A stretch of 64,000 nt of DNA from an uncultured virus (IMG/VR IMGVR_UViG_3300031949_000021) (taxonomy: Duplodnaviria; Heunggongvirae; Uroviricota; Caudoviricetes). Under the pieces are notes generated by a model. That model worked only from the letters and a program-made list of their open reading frames with translations. It had not been told where the DNA came from and ran no database searches. Made by a program: the position numbers and the translations under genes. Location of the stretch: the IMG/VR virus record IMGVR_UViG_3300031949_000021; one strand, written 5' to 3'. This document shows, one piece after another, positions 34,125 through 44,326 of the stretch; positions within the stretch are counted from its first letter, which is position 1; each line of letters opens with the position of its first letter.

Positions 34125-34808
34125 ATGCCAAGGAAATATTCCTTAAATGAAAACTATTTTGAGACTATTGATACACAAGACAAAGCTTATTGGCTTGGTT
34201 TTTTAATGGGGGATGGCTCTGTCAGTAATAATTATTTGCAATTACATCTTAAAAATACAAGAGAAAATAAAAGACACATAGAAAAATTTTTATGGTATTT
34301 ATCTGCTAATTATAGATTGTATTATCGAGATAATTATGGATATTCTTTAGTTGGGGTAGGTATTACTTCTAATAAGTTAACTAGAGATTTAATAAATCAC
34401 GGAATAGTTCCTAGAAAAACATATAAAGCAATTTTTCCTATTATTGATGAGCATTTGAATAGGCATTTTATCCGAGGATTATTTGATGCAGATGGGTGTT
34501 TTAGTCAAAATAAAGCTTCTTTTGTTGGAAATAGAGAACTTATGGAACAATTAGAAGGGCTATTTGATTTTTTAAGAATTAAATCTAAAATAAGACAAGC
34601 GGGCATTAGTAGGGCTTTTGAATTAGGGATAACTCATTTTGATAATTTGCAACCCCTTTATGAATATATGTACACAGATGCTACTATCTATTTACCGAAC
34701 AAGCACACTAAATTTCATAATTATATTAAAAGAGGAATAAGAAGAAGAAAAAAGGAATTTAAGAAGATAAAACTAATGAATAAAGAAAATACTTTACCAT
34801 ATTTTTAA
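34125..34808 (+). CDS. LAGLIDADG homing endonuclease
   Basis: AYWLGFLMGDGSV and HFIRGLFDADG. Confidence 0.9.
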   Translation: MPRKYSLNENYFETIDTQDKAYWLGFLMGDGSVSNNYLQLHLKNTRENKRHIEKFLWYLSANYRLYYRDNYGYSLVGVGITSNKLTRDLINHGIVPRKTYKAIFPIIDEHLNRHFIRGLFDADGCFSQNKASFVGNRELMEQLEGLFDFLRIKSKIRQAGISRAFELGITHFDNLQPLYEYMYTDATIYLPNKHTKFHNYIKRGIRRRKKEFKKIKLMNKENTLPYF

Positions 34809-35015
34809 CCTATTGTCAAGAAAAAACCGACACTTTAGGGTTAAATATGGTATAATCGACTTAGAGGATAAAATATTATCACATAAAATAACTTTAAGGT
34901 CAAGGGGTATCTTAATAAAAGGTAAAGGAGGATTTCCTGGCCTCTAGGTAGGTGGCTTTGGGGATAGTGAAAAGCTAAAAGCGGTGGGAGAAAAAAGGAG
35001 GCCAGGATAATTTAA

Positions 35016-35609
35016 ATGTCAGGTAAAAAGGTAAAAGCACCTAATGGAAGCACAGTAGAATTAAAAGGAAAAGAAGAAGTAGATTTTTTTCTACATAAAA
35101 TGGAAGAATATAGGGAATTTCAATCTGAACATCCTAATGATATGGATATTTTAACTCAGATGATTTATTTGCAAACTCTTAATTTTCGCTATATGTCGAT
35201 GCTTACCAAGTTTGATGATACAGAAATTGACGAGATAAAAGAAATAAATAGAATCGTTAAAGATAATGTAAACGCCATAAATAGTTGCGCGGATAGTTTA
35301 CAGATAAGTAAAAAGTATAGAGATAGTAAAAGAGGATCTATAGCAGATTATATAAATGAGTTAGAGGAAAAGGCATTAATATATAAAGAAGAACTAATTG
35401 ATAAAACAGCAGATAAAGCTATTTCAAATATGATGAAGATAAAAACTATTTTACGATTAAGAAAGGTTTGTGACCAGGAGGAACGCTTTAAATTAAAAAT
35501 ACCTTCAGATGAAGATATTTTTCTGCTCATTGAAAACCTAATAAAGGAATTTGAAGAACTAGATAATGCTTTTATAGAAGAACAGCAGCATTGGTGGTTG
35601 AGTGAATAA
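35016..35609 (+). CDS. Putative terminase small subunit
   Basis: Helical protein whose stop overlaps the TerL start; positional inference. Confidence 0.5.
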   Translation: MSGKKVKAPNGSTVELKGKEEVDFFLHKMEEYREFQSEHPNDMDILTQMIYLQTLNFRYMSMLTKFDDTEIDEIKEINRIVKDNVNAINSCADSLQISKKYRDSKRGSIADYINELEEKALIYKEELIDKTADKAISNMMKIKTILRLRKVCDQEERFKLKIPSDEDIFLLIENLIKEFEELDNAFIEEQQHWWLSE

Positions 35610-38600
35610 TGCTTGAACCATTAACAAAAAAACAAAAAGCTTTATTACAAATATTAAGAAGTGATATCTATGCCCCTCAATTTTTATGGAAGGATAAAGA
35701 TGGTGTAAACGTCTATCGTGTTTATGATTATCAATACTATTTTGAAGATAGTAACTATGGGGGTATGGCTATATTTAGTGATGCAAGATCGGTAGGAAAA
35801 TGTATTGCTGAAGGAACTAAAATATTAAATCCAATAACAGGTGATTATAAAAAGGTAGAGGATTTAAATAATCAAACTATTCCTGTAGTTTCAATTGATA
35901 TTAGTAGATTGAAAGTTGAGCAAGCAAAAGTTTTTTCAAATGGGGTTAAAGATTGTTATAGATTAAAACTTAGATGGGGAAGAGAAATTGAAGCCACTGC
36001 AAACCATCCTTTTTATACTTTGGGTGGTTGGAAAAAATTAAAGGACATACACCCCGAAGAATATATTGCTGCTCCTATGGAAATGCCTTATTTTGGAAAA
36101 GAAACATTAAAAGATGATGAAGTTAAGTTTTTAGCCTATATGATTGGTGATGGGAATTGCATAGACCCAAACTGTAGATTTACTAATGCTAATCAAGAAA
36201 TAGTAAAAGAGATGAATGACATATTAGCATATTTTGACTGTCTTTTAGTTAAAGAAAAAACAAGGGACTATGAATATAGGATACAGGGTAATAAGTTTTA
36301 TAAAAATAATCCAGCAAGAATGTTTTTAAGACAGCATAAAGTTTTTAATAGGTATAGTTATCAGAAAACTGTTCCAGAGGCCATTTTTAAACTAAAGAAA
36401 AAACAGATCGCTTTATTTATAAACAGGTTATTTTCATGTGATGGTTGGGCTGTACAAACTGAAGAGGGCTATGGAAGAGTGGAGTATGGGACTTCTTCTA
36501 AGGAATTAGCTTATGATTTACAACATTTATTATTAAGATTTAGCATAATTTCTTCTATTAGTAAAAAGAAGACATCTCATAGAGATAGTTATACAGTTAG
36601 TGTGTCTAGTTTTGATAACATTAAATTTATGAAAGAGATTGGAATATTCACTAAACAAAAAAAATACAAAAAGAACCATAAAAACCGTAGGAGGGAAGAA
36701 AAACTAGCCCATGGCTCTAGAGGAAGTATTGTTTGGGGAAATCTTAGGTGGATGAAAGTAAGAGATATAAAATATATCGGTAAGTTGAAAACATATAATT
36801 TAACTGTTGAAAACACACACAATTTTATTGCCAATGATGTTTTATCCCATAATACGGAAAAATTAAAACGTAGATCGTTTACTATGCCATTTAGAAAACC
36901 TGGTAAAAGTAGGATGATATCTACTCCACAAGAAGCTCATTTAAATCCAGTAATGGAACAAATAATAGATAAATTTGAAGAAATAAGATTAACTAAAGAG
37001 TTTATTAAAAGAGCTAGAAGAAAACCTTATTATCATATCACATTTAAAAATGGAACAGAAATAATAGGTAAAATACCAGGGAATAAGGGCATTAATGTAA
37101 AGGGAGAACATGTAGATGAAGAAGCTGTGGATGAATGTGGTAGTGGGGTAGCTTATGTTTCTTTGGCAGACGGATCAAGTAAAAAATTAGGCGAAATTGT
37201 AAGAAAAAAGCTATCCTTAGAAGTAATATCCTATAATTTTTTTAATAGAAAAATAGAAACGAAGAAAGTAATTAATTGGTTTAAAAAGAAACCAACAGAT
37301 AGTTGTAAGTTTTTAAGGGTGGGATTTAAAAATTACTATTACAGGCCAAAATTTACTGGAGATCATAAGTTTGCTACAAAAGATGGGTGGGTTAAGGCCA
37401 GGGATTTAAAATCTGGAGATTTAGTTTATAGTAATGTGCCCAAGCCTACAAAATTGCAGCAAGGTATTCTTTTAGGGAAACTACTTGGGGATTCTTACGC
37501 TTTTAGACAACAATCTTGTAGTAAAGGAAATAAAAGAATAGTACCCAATGCTAAGATTGTTATTTCTCAAGGATCTAGGGATAAAGAGTATGTATTTGAT
37601 TGTTGGAATTTATTGCAAGGATTAGTTAAGGGAATTCCTTTAACAAGAGAAAATTTAGGTTGGGGGAAAGAATTAACTAAGTTTAAAACTAGGGCATTAC
37701 CTGAAATTACTAAATTGTATAATCTAGTTTATAAGGATGGTAGAAGAACAATAACACAAGAGCTATTAGAGAAATTATCTCCAGCAGCAATTGCTTTTTG
37801 GTTTATGGATGATGGTAGTTGTAGTCAAGGGACGTTTACTTTATCAACACACTGTTTTACAAAGGATGAAAATCAACTTATAGTGGATTATTTTTTAGCT
37901 ACATGGGGAATACCCATGAAAATGAAGTTAGATAAAAGATGCAATAAGTATTATTTAAAAAGTAATGGAAAACCACAAAGATTATTTGCGCTTATTGCTC
38001 CTTATGTTTGTAAGTCAATGAGAAGGAAATTACCAGCGGGCTATAAATGTGGGCAGTTATTGCCAGATAAAGAGGAGACTAAGATTGGTTTTTTGGAAGT
38101 TGAAACTGTTGAGGAATTAGATTTGAAATCTTGGGGTTTTGGAGACAATTTTCTTTATGATATTGAAGTAGAAGATAACCATAACTATTTTTCTCAAGGA
38201 AGTTTAGTTTCTAACAGTCAAGATTACCCCGATGAGGGCTGGGAGAATATTCGTGAATGTTTAAATGAGGTTTTAGATAAGGAATTAATTACTTATGGAG
38301 TACCTAATGGGGTAAGAAATACTTTTTTTAATTTTACTAGAAGTAAAGAATTTACAAAAGTAGTTATTCCAGCTATGTATAAACTTTCATGGGGAGAAAA
38401 AGAAAGAAGTGAAAAGATAGCTTTTTATGGTAGTCGGCGTGCTCCTGGATATGTAAGAAATATATATGCGGAGCATGGTGATGCGGAACATTTAGTTTTC
38501 ATACCATCTAAATTAAGTAATGGAATTGATTGGGGCAAAAAGCAATCAGATGGAACTTATGATAAGGATAAACCAAAATTTACCGAAGATTATATAAAGA

Positions 38601-39322
38601 TATCTATTATAAATGAAGAAGTAAATCGTAATATGTCCTTTAAACACTATCTTCGCTTTCCAGAAATACATAAAAAGTATGAGAGAGTTTGGGTAGGTGC
38701 TGATATAGCACATCAAGGAGCAGACCCCACAGAAATACTTATTTGGGCAGAAGAGGTATATAAAAATAAAAATAGGGTGCGTTTAATTTGTAGGGTACAC
38801 TGTGAAAGATTAACTGATGAGGATCAAGTAGATATTTTTCAAGAAATTTATAAGTTTTATAATGTAACAGGTATGGCTATGGATGCTACGGCAAGAGGAG
38901 GCACTATTTGGCAAAAATTAAATAATAGAAAATTAGGGAACGTTTATCTATCAGGATATAATTTCAAGTCTGTAAAAGAAGTAGGAAAAGATGAAAACGA
39001 TAAGCCAATAAATATTCAAATTAATCAGTTAGCAATTGAAACATTAAGAAACATGTGTGATCACATTGAATTTTTATTGCCTTATGATGAAGAAATAATT
39101 TCTGATTGGATGGGATTAAAAGTTAAGCCATTAGAATACGGAAAATTTAAGGTTGTAGATGAGGCAAAGTTTAAAACCCACACTCTCTATGCAGCAGGAA
39201 TGATGGCATTACAAAGAGATGACTATAGAATGGGAAAACTACAAGAAGATGCAGATTCAGTATATGAAGAAGGAGGATGGGTGGACGGTCATTATGGAAG
39301 AACACCAGGAGCATCAAGATAA
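35609..39322 (+). CDS. terL: Terminase large subunit with two inteins
   Basis: Walker A ARSVGK|T, Walker B VDE|SQD, YGVPNG, nuclease motifs VGADIA..DPT and MDAT. Confidence 0.9.
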   Translation: MLEPLTKKQKALLQILRSDIYAPQFLWKDKDGVNVYRVYDYQYYFEDSNYGGMAIFSDARSVGKCIAEGTKILNPITGDYKKVEDLNNQTIPVVSIDISRLKVEQAKVFSNGVKDCYRLKLRWGREIEATANHPFYTLGGWKKLKDIHPEEYIAAPMEMPYFGKETLKDDEVKFLAYMIGDGNCIDPNCRFTNANQEIVKEMNDILAYFDCLLVKEKTRDYEYRIQGNKFYKNNPARMFLRQHKVFNRYSYQKTVPEAIFKLKKKQIALFINRLFSCDGWAVQTEEGYGRVEYGTSSKELAYDLQHLLLRFSIISSISKKKTSHRDSYTVSVSSFDNIKFMKEIGIFTKQKKYKKNHKNRRREEKLAHGSRGSIVWGNLRWMKVRDIKYIGKLKTYNLTVENTHNFIANDVLSHNTEKLKRRSFTMPFRKPGKSRMISTPQEAHLNPVMEQIIDKFEEIRLTKEFIKRARRKPYYHITFKNGTEIIGKIPGNKGINVKGEHVDEEAVDECGSGVAYVSLADGSSKKLGEIVRKKLSLEVISYNFFNRKIETKKVINWFKKKPTDSCKFLRVGFKNYYYRPKFTGDHKFATKDGWVKARDLKSGDLVYSNVPKPTKLQQGILLGKLLGDSYAFRQQSCSKGNKRIVPNAKIVISQGSRDKEYVFDCWNLLQGLVKGIPLTRENLGWGKELTKFKTRALPEITKLYNLVYKDGRRTITQELLEKLSPAAIAFWFMDDGSCSQGTFTLSTHCFTKDENQLIVDYFLATWGIPMKMKLDKRCNKYYLKSNGKPQRLFALIAPYVCKSMRRKLPAGYKCGQLLPDKEETKIGFLEVETVEELDLKSWGFGDNFLYDIEVEDNHNYFSQGSLVSNSQDYPDEGWENIRECLNEVLDKELITYGVPNGVRNTFFNFTRSKEFTKVVIPAMYKLSWGEKERSEKIAFYGSRRAPGYVRNIYAEHGDAEHLVFIPSKLSNGIDWGKKQSDGTYDKDKPKFTEDYIKISIINEEVNRNMSFKHYLRFPEIHKKYERVWVGADIAHQGADPTEILIWAEEVYKNKNRVRLICRVHCERLTDEDQVDIFQEIYKFYNVTGMAMDATARGGTIWQKLNNRKLGNVYLSGYNFKSVKEVGKDENDKPINIQINQLAIETLRNMCDHIEFLLPYDEEIISDWMGLKVKPLEYGKFKVVDEAKFKTHTLYAAGMMALQRDDYRMGKLQEDADSVYEEGGWVDGHYGRTPGASR
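35801..36853 (+). mobile_element. Intein 1 (351 aa, LAGLIDADG) in TerL Walker A
   Basis: CIAEGT start, ATANHPF, LAYMIGDG, LFSCDG, SHN/T end. Confidence 0.93.
37136..38215 (+). mobile_element. Intein 2 (360 aa, LAGLIDADG) in TerL Walker B
   Basis: CGSG start, TGDHKF, LGKLLGDS, AFWFMDDG, YDIEVEDNHNY, VSN/S end. Confidence 0.9.
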
Positions 39323-39435
39323 GAAGGAAAAGGTAAGACTAAAATTCAGAAGAGTTTTTGATAGAAAACCTATAACACACATTAAAGATAGAGTAAGATA
39401 TGACAGATCAGGCGACAAAGAAGATTTAACAAACC

Positions 39436-39999
39436 TTGTTAGTGAATACTATAAGGAAAAAGATGAATAATTCTTTACCTAAACCAGATAAAAATTTAAG
39501 GGTTTCAAAGAAAAAACATAAAAAATATGCTAAGTCTACATTAAGAAAATATTGGAAGGATAGTGAAAGAGATTTAGGAACTTTTATGCTAAATCACGAT
39601 GAACCAGACCCTAAATTTGCTCCTGCTTTAAGCTCCCGCGGAAGAATCGGCCATATCACGGGTTTAGAAATGGATACTGTAACAATGAACTGGGTAGGAG
39701 AGAACAAGCAAGTTGAATCAATGCCAAAGTGGTTAATAAAAGCAATTCTTAAAATAATGCAAAGAGCAAAAGATTATGATAGATTTCCTTTATTAAGATT
39801 AGATATTACACAAGAGTTATCAGGCCATGATAGACGAAAAATGTTTAATCCAAAAGATAAACCAGTAGAGCAGTTATCTCAAGTGGAACAAAGACTAGTT
39901 AATAATGATATGAGATTAAAGAGATTACCTGATTTAGCAATTATTCCTTTAGACATATTAGGGGAATTAATGGAGAAGAAAGCAAGGGAAAGTAACTAA
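39436..39999 (+). CDS. Putative PD-(D/E)XK nuclease/resolvase-like protein
   Basis: WKDSER...MD......GENK pattern; weak. Confidence 0.35.
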   Translation: MLVNTIRKKMNNSLPKPDKNLRVSKKKHKKYAKSTLRKYWKDSERDLGTFMLNHDEPDPKFAPALSSRGRIGHITGLEMDTVTMNWVGENKQVESMPKWLIKAILKIMQRAKDYDRFPLLRLDITQELSGHDRRKMFNPKDKPVEQLSQVEQRLVNNDMRLKRLPDLAIIPLDILGELMEKKARESN

Positions 40000-40270
40000 C
40001 CTCGGGGCAAGCCCCAAGGCTTTCTAACAGCCTTATAGTTACCAGACCACTAATAGGAGGTAAGAGTTGTTAGTAAACGATAGGAAAGAAATTAGGAACG
40101 GAAGTGTGCCACACCAGCACCCCCCTCTTCGAATACAGATTAAACATTGCTGTGAGGTAGGCAAAGTGTCTGTATTGTCAAACCTTTCCATATCTGGTCG
40201 AGGTGAAGATGAATTCAACAGTAGCTCCAATACTGTTGATACACACTACTCTAACATACAGGAGGTCATA
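39992..40270 (+). ncRNA. omegaRNA scaffold of IscB #1
   Basis: About 280 nt directly upstream of iscB; GTAACTA/TAGTTAC closing stem enclosing GGGGC-AA-GCCCC and GGCT/AGCC hairpins; TTAAACA and GGTCGAGG motifs near the 3' part. Confidence 0.8.
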
Positions 40271-40275
40271 AAGAC

Positions 40276-41508
40276 ATGGTGTATGTAATTAATAAGAATA
40301 GCAATCCTTTAATGCCTTGCTCAGAAGCAAAAGCTCGTAAACTTTTACGAGATAAAAAAGCAAAATGTGTTAAAAGAAACCCTTTCATAATTAAACTTTT
40401 GTGGGATTGTGAAGAAAATACTCAGAAAGTAGTTGCTGGTATGGACACAGGCAGTAAAACCATTGGTTGTGCTGCTATTTCTAATGGAAAAGTAGTATAT
40501 CAATCAGAAGTGCAAGTAAGACAAGATGTTTCTAAAAAGATGGGGCAACGTAGAATGTATCGTAGAAACAGACGTAGTAGAAAAACAAGATATAGAAAAT
40601 CTCGTTGGCAAAATCGTGCTTCAATGAGAAAAGAAAATCGTTTGGCTCCCAGCATTAAATCTAAGATTGACTCACATTTAAGAGAGAAGCGGTTTGTAGA
40701 GTCTATATTGCCAGTATCACGCTGGCGTGTAGAAATAGCAAGTTTTGATATTCATAAGATTTCCAATCCCAATGTAAAGAGATGGGAATATCAAGAGGGT
40801 ACTCAAAAAGATTTCTATAACACTAAGGCATATGTTTTACATCGGGATAAATATCTATGTCAACATTGTAAAGGTAAGTTAAAAGACAAAAGGTTACACG
40901 CACACCATATTGTATTTAGAAGCAAAGGAGGAACCAACAGCCCTGACAATTTGATTACTTTATGCAAATCTTGTCACAATAGCCTACATAAGGGTGAATT
41001 TGAAATCAAGGGGATAAAGAGTAAGACAAAACACGTCACAGAAATTAGTATTGTGAAATCTCAATTAAAAAAACAATTTAGTAACTTTGAAGAAGTATTT
41101 GGCTATCAGACTAAACTCAAACGGGAACAAGTATTAAAATTACCTAAAACTCATTGGTCAGACGCTATTGCTATCTGTTGTGTAGAAGGAGAGTATGTTG
41201 ATCCTGATGGAATAGTTTACTATAAAAAGCACGTTTCTAAAGGGGATTATCAACAGACTAAAGGTAACCATTCTGAAAAGAAAATACCCACAGGGAAATT
41301 GTTTGGATTCCGTAAATTTGATTATATTCAAACACCCAAAGGAATTGGGTTTATAAAAGGCAAACGCAGTACAGGATTTTTTGCAATATCGGATTTAGCT
41401 GGAAAAGCCATAAGCGGATCAGTATGTATAAAAAAGAATTGTAATAGATTAAACGCAAGAACAACAACTTTAATTGAAAGGAGAGTGGCACATTCCTCTC
41501 CACTATAA
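40276..41508 (+). CDS. iscB: IscB RNA-guided endonuclease #1 (IS200/IS605 OMEGA)
   Basis: PLMP domain, RuvC-I GMDTG, Arg-rich bridge helix RRNRR, RuvC-II E..SFD, HNH (CQHC..HH..GGTN..NL..LC..CH), RuvC-III HWSDA. Confidence 0.95.
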   Translation: MVYVINKNSNPLMPCSEAKARKLLRDKKAKCVKRNPFIIKLLWDCEENTQKVVAGMDTGSKTIGCAAISNGKVVYQSEVQVRQDVSKKMGQRRMYRRNRRSRKTRYRKSRWQNRASMRKENRLAPSIKSKIDSHLREKRFVESILPVSRWRVEIASFDIHKISNPNVKRWEYQEGTQKDFYNTKAYVLHRDKYLCQHCKGKLKDKRLHAHHIVFRSKGGTNSPDNLITLCKSCHNSLHKGEFEIKGIKSKTKHVTEISIVKSQLKKQFSNFEEVFGYQTKLKREQVLKLPKTHWSDAIAICCVEGEYVDPDGIVYYKKHVSKGDYQQTKGNHSEKKIPTGKLFGFRKFDYIQTPKGIGFIKGKRSTGFFAISDLAGKAISGSVCIKKNCNRLNARTTTLIERRVAHSSPL

Positions 41509-41537
41509 GCAGATGGGGTATCCTGTGCCTAAATTTT

Positions 41538-43205
41538 ATGGGTGAGAAAAAAGAAGAAATAGCTAAGGATGAAGAAATTAATTGGGAAAAAGTAACTGGA
41601 GCATTTGTAGAAGATATGTCTCTTTCTACAGTAAGCACAATAAATGCTTTTAGAAGTACACAGTATCAAAAAGCGGAAGATTTATCTATTTATGACAAGA
41701 TGAAACTAGCAGGGTCTTATTTTACTACGGATAATATAGTACAAAATTGTTTTACTAGTCAAGTTTCGATGGCTTTTAATAGTCTTGAGCATAAAACAGT
41801 AAAAGACCCTACAAATTTATATAAGGATTTTTATGACTATTTAGCTAGAAGGTTAAATTTAAGGGCACTTTGCAGAATGTTTTATTTGTGCTCTTTAGTT
41901 TATTCTAATGTTTATATGCTTCAATTTTGGGAAGAGGTAGAAGTCCCTTGGGGAGCAAAGGCAAAGAAAGTTTTAACTATTCCTACGGAAATAACTTTGG
42001 TAGACCCAAGATATGGTAGGGTTTTAGGATCAACACTAAAGTACAATAGAAAAATTGGGATGCGGATTTCTAGAGAGGCTTACAATGATTATACGGCAGA
42101 AAATCTAAATGAGTTAAATGAGCAATATGCTAAAGACATATTTATAGGCAAATATGACTATAAGAATAAATATAACTACCGCAAGGATAACGGATTAGAG
42201 TATGGTGATGAGGTACTAGAGTTTAATCCTGAAGTGACTTCTCATTTTAAGTTTAGGGGACAAGATTTTAATAGGTATGCTACACCAATAATGGCAAATT
42301 GTTTTGATTGGATTCAGCGCAAAAAGAAACTAATGGAAGCTGATATGGCTGTTATTGATGGAATTATAAATATGATTTATCTTTTTACTATTGGAACAGA
42401 TGATCATCCAGCCAAAGGAAAAGGAGAACTTAACAAACTAGCAAGTCTAATTCAAAATACTTCTAGAACCTGTACATTAGTTTGGAACCACAGATTAAAA
42501 GTAAGTGTCATTTCTCCTGATGCAGATTCTTTATTGAATACAGATAAATATCATGTCTGTAACGATAATATTCGTGAAGGTCTGGGTTTTGAATTTAAAA
42601 ATACAATGAGTAGAGGACGAAGGGATATTGATAAGCTAATAAAGATTTTTTGTGAGGTTATCCTTTCTGATAGGCAGGATATTGTAGAGCATATTGAAAA
42701 AAATATATATGAAAAAGTTGCGGAAGAAAATAACTTTTACACATCAGCTTCAATGAAACCAAACAGAATTGGATTAGCAACTGATGATTTGTTAAAAGCA
42801 TTTGTTGGACTGTTTTATGACAGAGGTTTGCCTTCTAAGAGAACCACTATGGAGATTATGGGTCTTGATTATGATGAGGAAAAAGAATTAAAAATACCCG
42901 AAAAGAAAGATGTAGAAGAGGGTATTTGGGATATTCCTCAGTTGCCCTTTAGTCGGCCACAAACAGGTGGAGGTAAAGAGCAAAGTCAGGCAGATTTTAT
43001 TCCTATTGATATGTCAGTAGATAACTATTTAGACATTATTAATTCTGAAGTTAAAAAACCAGAGGTACATCAAGTTATTAAAGAAAAATTGCAAGATAGG
43101 CTAGGAGACTACTTTTCAGAAGAAGCACAAAATGACGAGGACTTAGATAAGCTAGTTAAAGATACAGCTAAAAAGTATGAAAAGAAAAAGAAGAGGGATA
43201 AATAA
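41538..43205 (+). CDS. Portal protein
   Basis: 555 aa between terminase and head genes; RYATPIM..CF, LFTIGTDDHPA, LVWNH. Confidence 0.75.
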   Translation: MGEKKEEIAKDEEINWEKVTGAFVEDMSLSTVSTINAFRSTQYQKAEDLSIYDKMKLAGSYFTTDNIVQNCFTSQVSMAFNSLEHKTVKDPTNLYKDFYDYLARRLNLRALCRMFYLCSLVYSNVYMLQFWEEVEVPWGAKAKKVLTIPTEITLVDPRYGRVLGSTLKYNRKIGMRISREAYNDYTAENLNELNEQYAKDIFIGKYDYKNKYNYRKDNGLEYGDEVLEFNPEVTSHFKFRGQDFNRYATPIMANCFDWIQRKKKLMEADMAVIDGIINMIYLFTIGTDDHPAKGKGELNKLASLIQNTSRTCTLVWNHRLKVSVISPDADSLLNTDKYHVCNDNIREGLGFEFKNTMSRGRRDIDKLIKIFCEVILSDRQDIVEHIEKNIYEKVAEENNFYTSASMKPNRIGLATDDLLKAFVGLFYDRGLPSKRTTMEIMGLDYDEEKELKIPEKKDVEEGIWDIPQLPFSRPQTGGGKEQSQADFIPIDMSVDNYLDIINSEVKKPEVHQVIKEKLQDRLGDYFSEEAQNDEDLDKLVKDTAKKYEKKKKRDK

Positions 43206-43507
43206 TGTCGGGAGAAAAGTGTTTTGAACCAAAAAATGGGACTAAAGTGTCGCACAAGGAAATGTACGAATGTATGGGCCAATTTGAAGAAAAAGTAGAT
43301 GCCCATTTGAATTCTCTTATTACTCAAGTAAATAGATTAGTAGATGTTATAGATAAAAAGGTAGAAAAAGTGGATACGGAATTTGAAGAGCATAAAAATA
43401 GTGATAGAACAATGAAGTTAATTTTTCTTGCTGTAGTGATTATATTATGCACGATTTATCCAGCAGCTTTAACCTATGTACCAAAAGCTATTGCTGCGAT
43501 TATTTAA
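43205..43507 (+). CDS. Coiled-coil protein with C-terminal transmembrane helix
   Basis: Heptad-like region then LIFLAVVIILCTIY. Confidence 0.55.
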   Translation: MSGEKCFEPKNGTKVSHKEMYECMGQFEEKVDAHLNSLITQVNRLVDVIDKKVEKVDTEFEEHKNSDRTMKLIFLAVVIILCTIYPAALTYVPKAIAAII

Positions 43508-43510
43508 GGG

Positions 43511-44323
43511 GTGTTTAGAATGGAACGAGTTATAGCTCCATATAGTTATCCAAAGAATATTCCAAGTGCAGTTAAGAATTTGCCTAAAGAAGCACAAAAA
43601 TTATTTATTGAGGTTTTTAACAAAGTTTATAAGGACACAAATGACGAAAATAAAGCAAGAATGGCAGGTTGGGGAGCTGTCAAGAATAAGTATGTTAAGA
43701 AGGGAGGCGTTTGGGTATTGAAAGCAGCATTAGAAAGTCTTGAGTTTACTATATCTTCAGTTAGTATTTCTGATAGAGAAGATGGAAATAAGGAGTATTC
43801 TATTAGTTTAAGAATGGCGGGGTATACTGGGTCTGTATATTTGAGTTTTGATACGCAGCCATCTGATTTTCTTATGCAGGTAGGTAGTAAAATTATTGTA
43901 ACATTATCAGATGAAGAAGTACAAACAAGCAAAACTGTGGTTATTGATAATGCTTCTGCTTTTTATCCAGGGAATTTTATATCCCATATAATTACCGCGG
44001 CATCTACAGAGGAGGAAAAGAAAGCACAGCAGGCTAGAAGTAAAAAGTATGGAATAGCTATTCTTGAAGGTGGTCATGTAACTAAACCAAGTCAATATGC
44101 ATCTGTATCAGATGGGATGTTTGCTGACCCCGTAAATTATAATTATCCTTGTGATAATGAAACTAGAGCTAAAGCAGCAGTAAGATATTTTGGAATGCCA
44201 AGGAATTATGAAAAATATTCTGAAAGTGCTAGGAATAAGGTTTGGGGTAGAATGAAAAGATTAGCTAAAAAGCATATGAAGGATATGGAGGAAAAAGCTC
44301 CTTGGAAGAGAAAGGAGGGATAA
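43511..44323 (+). CDS. ChaB-domain head-region protein
   Basis: LPKEAQKLFIEVFNK...A...GWGAVKNKY.K.GGVWV (ChaB-like); C-terminal FADPVNYNYP..N..RAKAAVRYF domain. Confidence 0.75.
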   Translation: MFRMERVIAPYSYPKNIPSAVKNLPKEAQKLFIEVFNKVYKDTNDENKARMAGWGAVKNKYVKKGGVWVLKAALESLEFTISSVSISDREDGNKEYSISLRMAGYTGSVYLSFDTQPSDFLMQVGSKIIVTLSDEEVQTSKTVVIDNASAFYPGNFISHIITAASTEEEKKAQQARSKKYGIAILEGGHVTKPSQYASVSDGMFADPVNYNYPCDNETRAKAAVRYFGMPRNYEKYSESARNKVWGRMKRLAKKHMKDMEEKAPWKRKEG

Positions 44324-44326
44324 TTT

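Larger units (their letters stand above)
39992..41537 (+). mobile_element. Non-autonomous IS200/IS605-type element (omegaRNA plus iscB, no tnpA)
   Basis: Left-end hairpin at 40004-40015; right-end-like ATTCCTCTCCCAC..ATGGGGTATCC at about 41492-41523. Exact ends are inferred. Confidence 0.75.

Noticed and set aside
15698..34834. Recurrent TGTCGG/CCGACA hexamer as a late promoter element
   Set aside because: Too short, with inconsistent orientation and context, to separate from chance by eye.
40067..40288. 73-aa ORF upstream of iscB #1
   Set aside because: It coincides with the omegaRNA scaffold.
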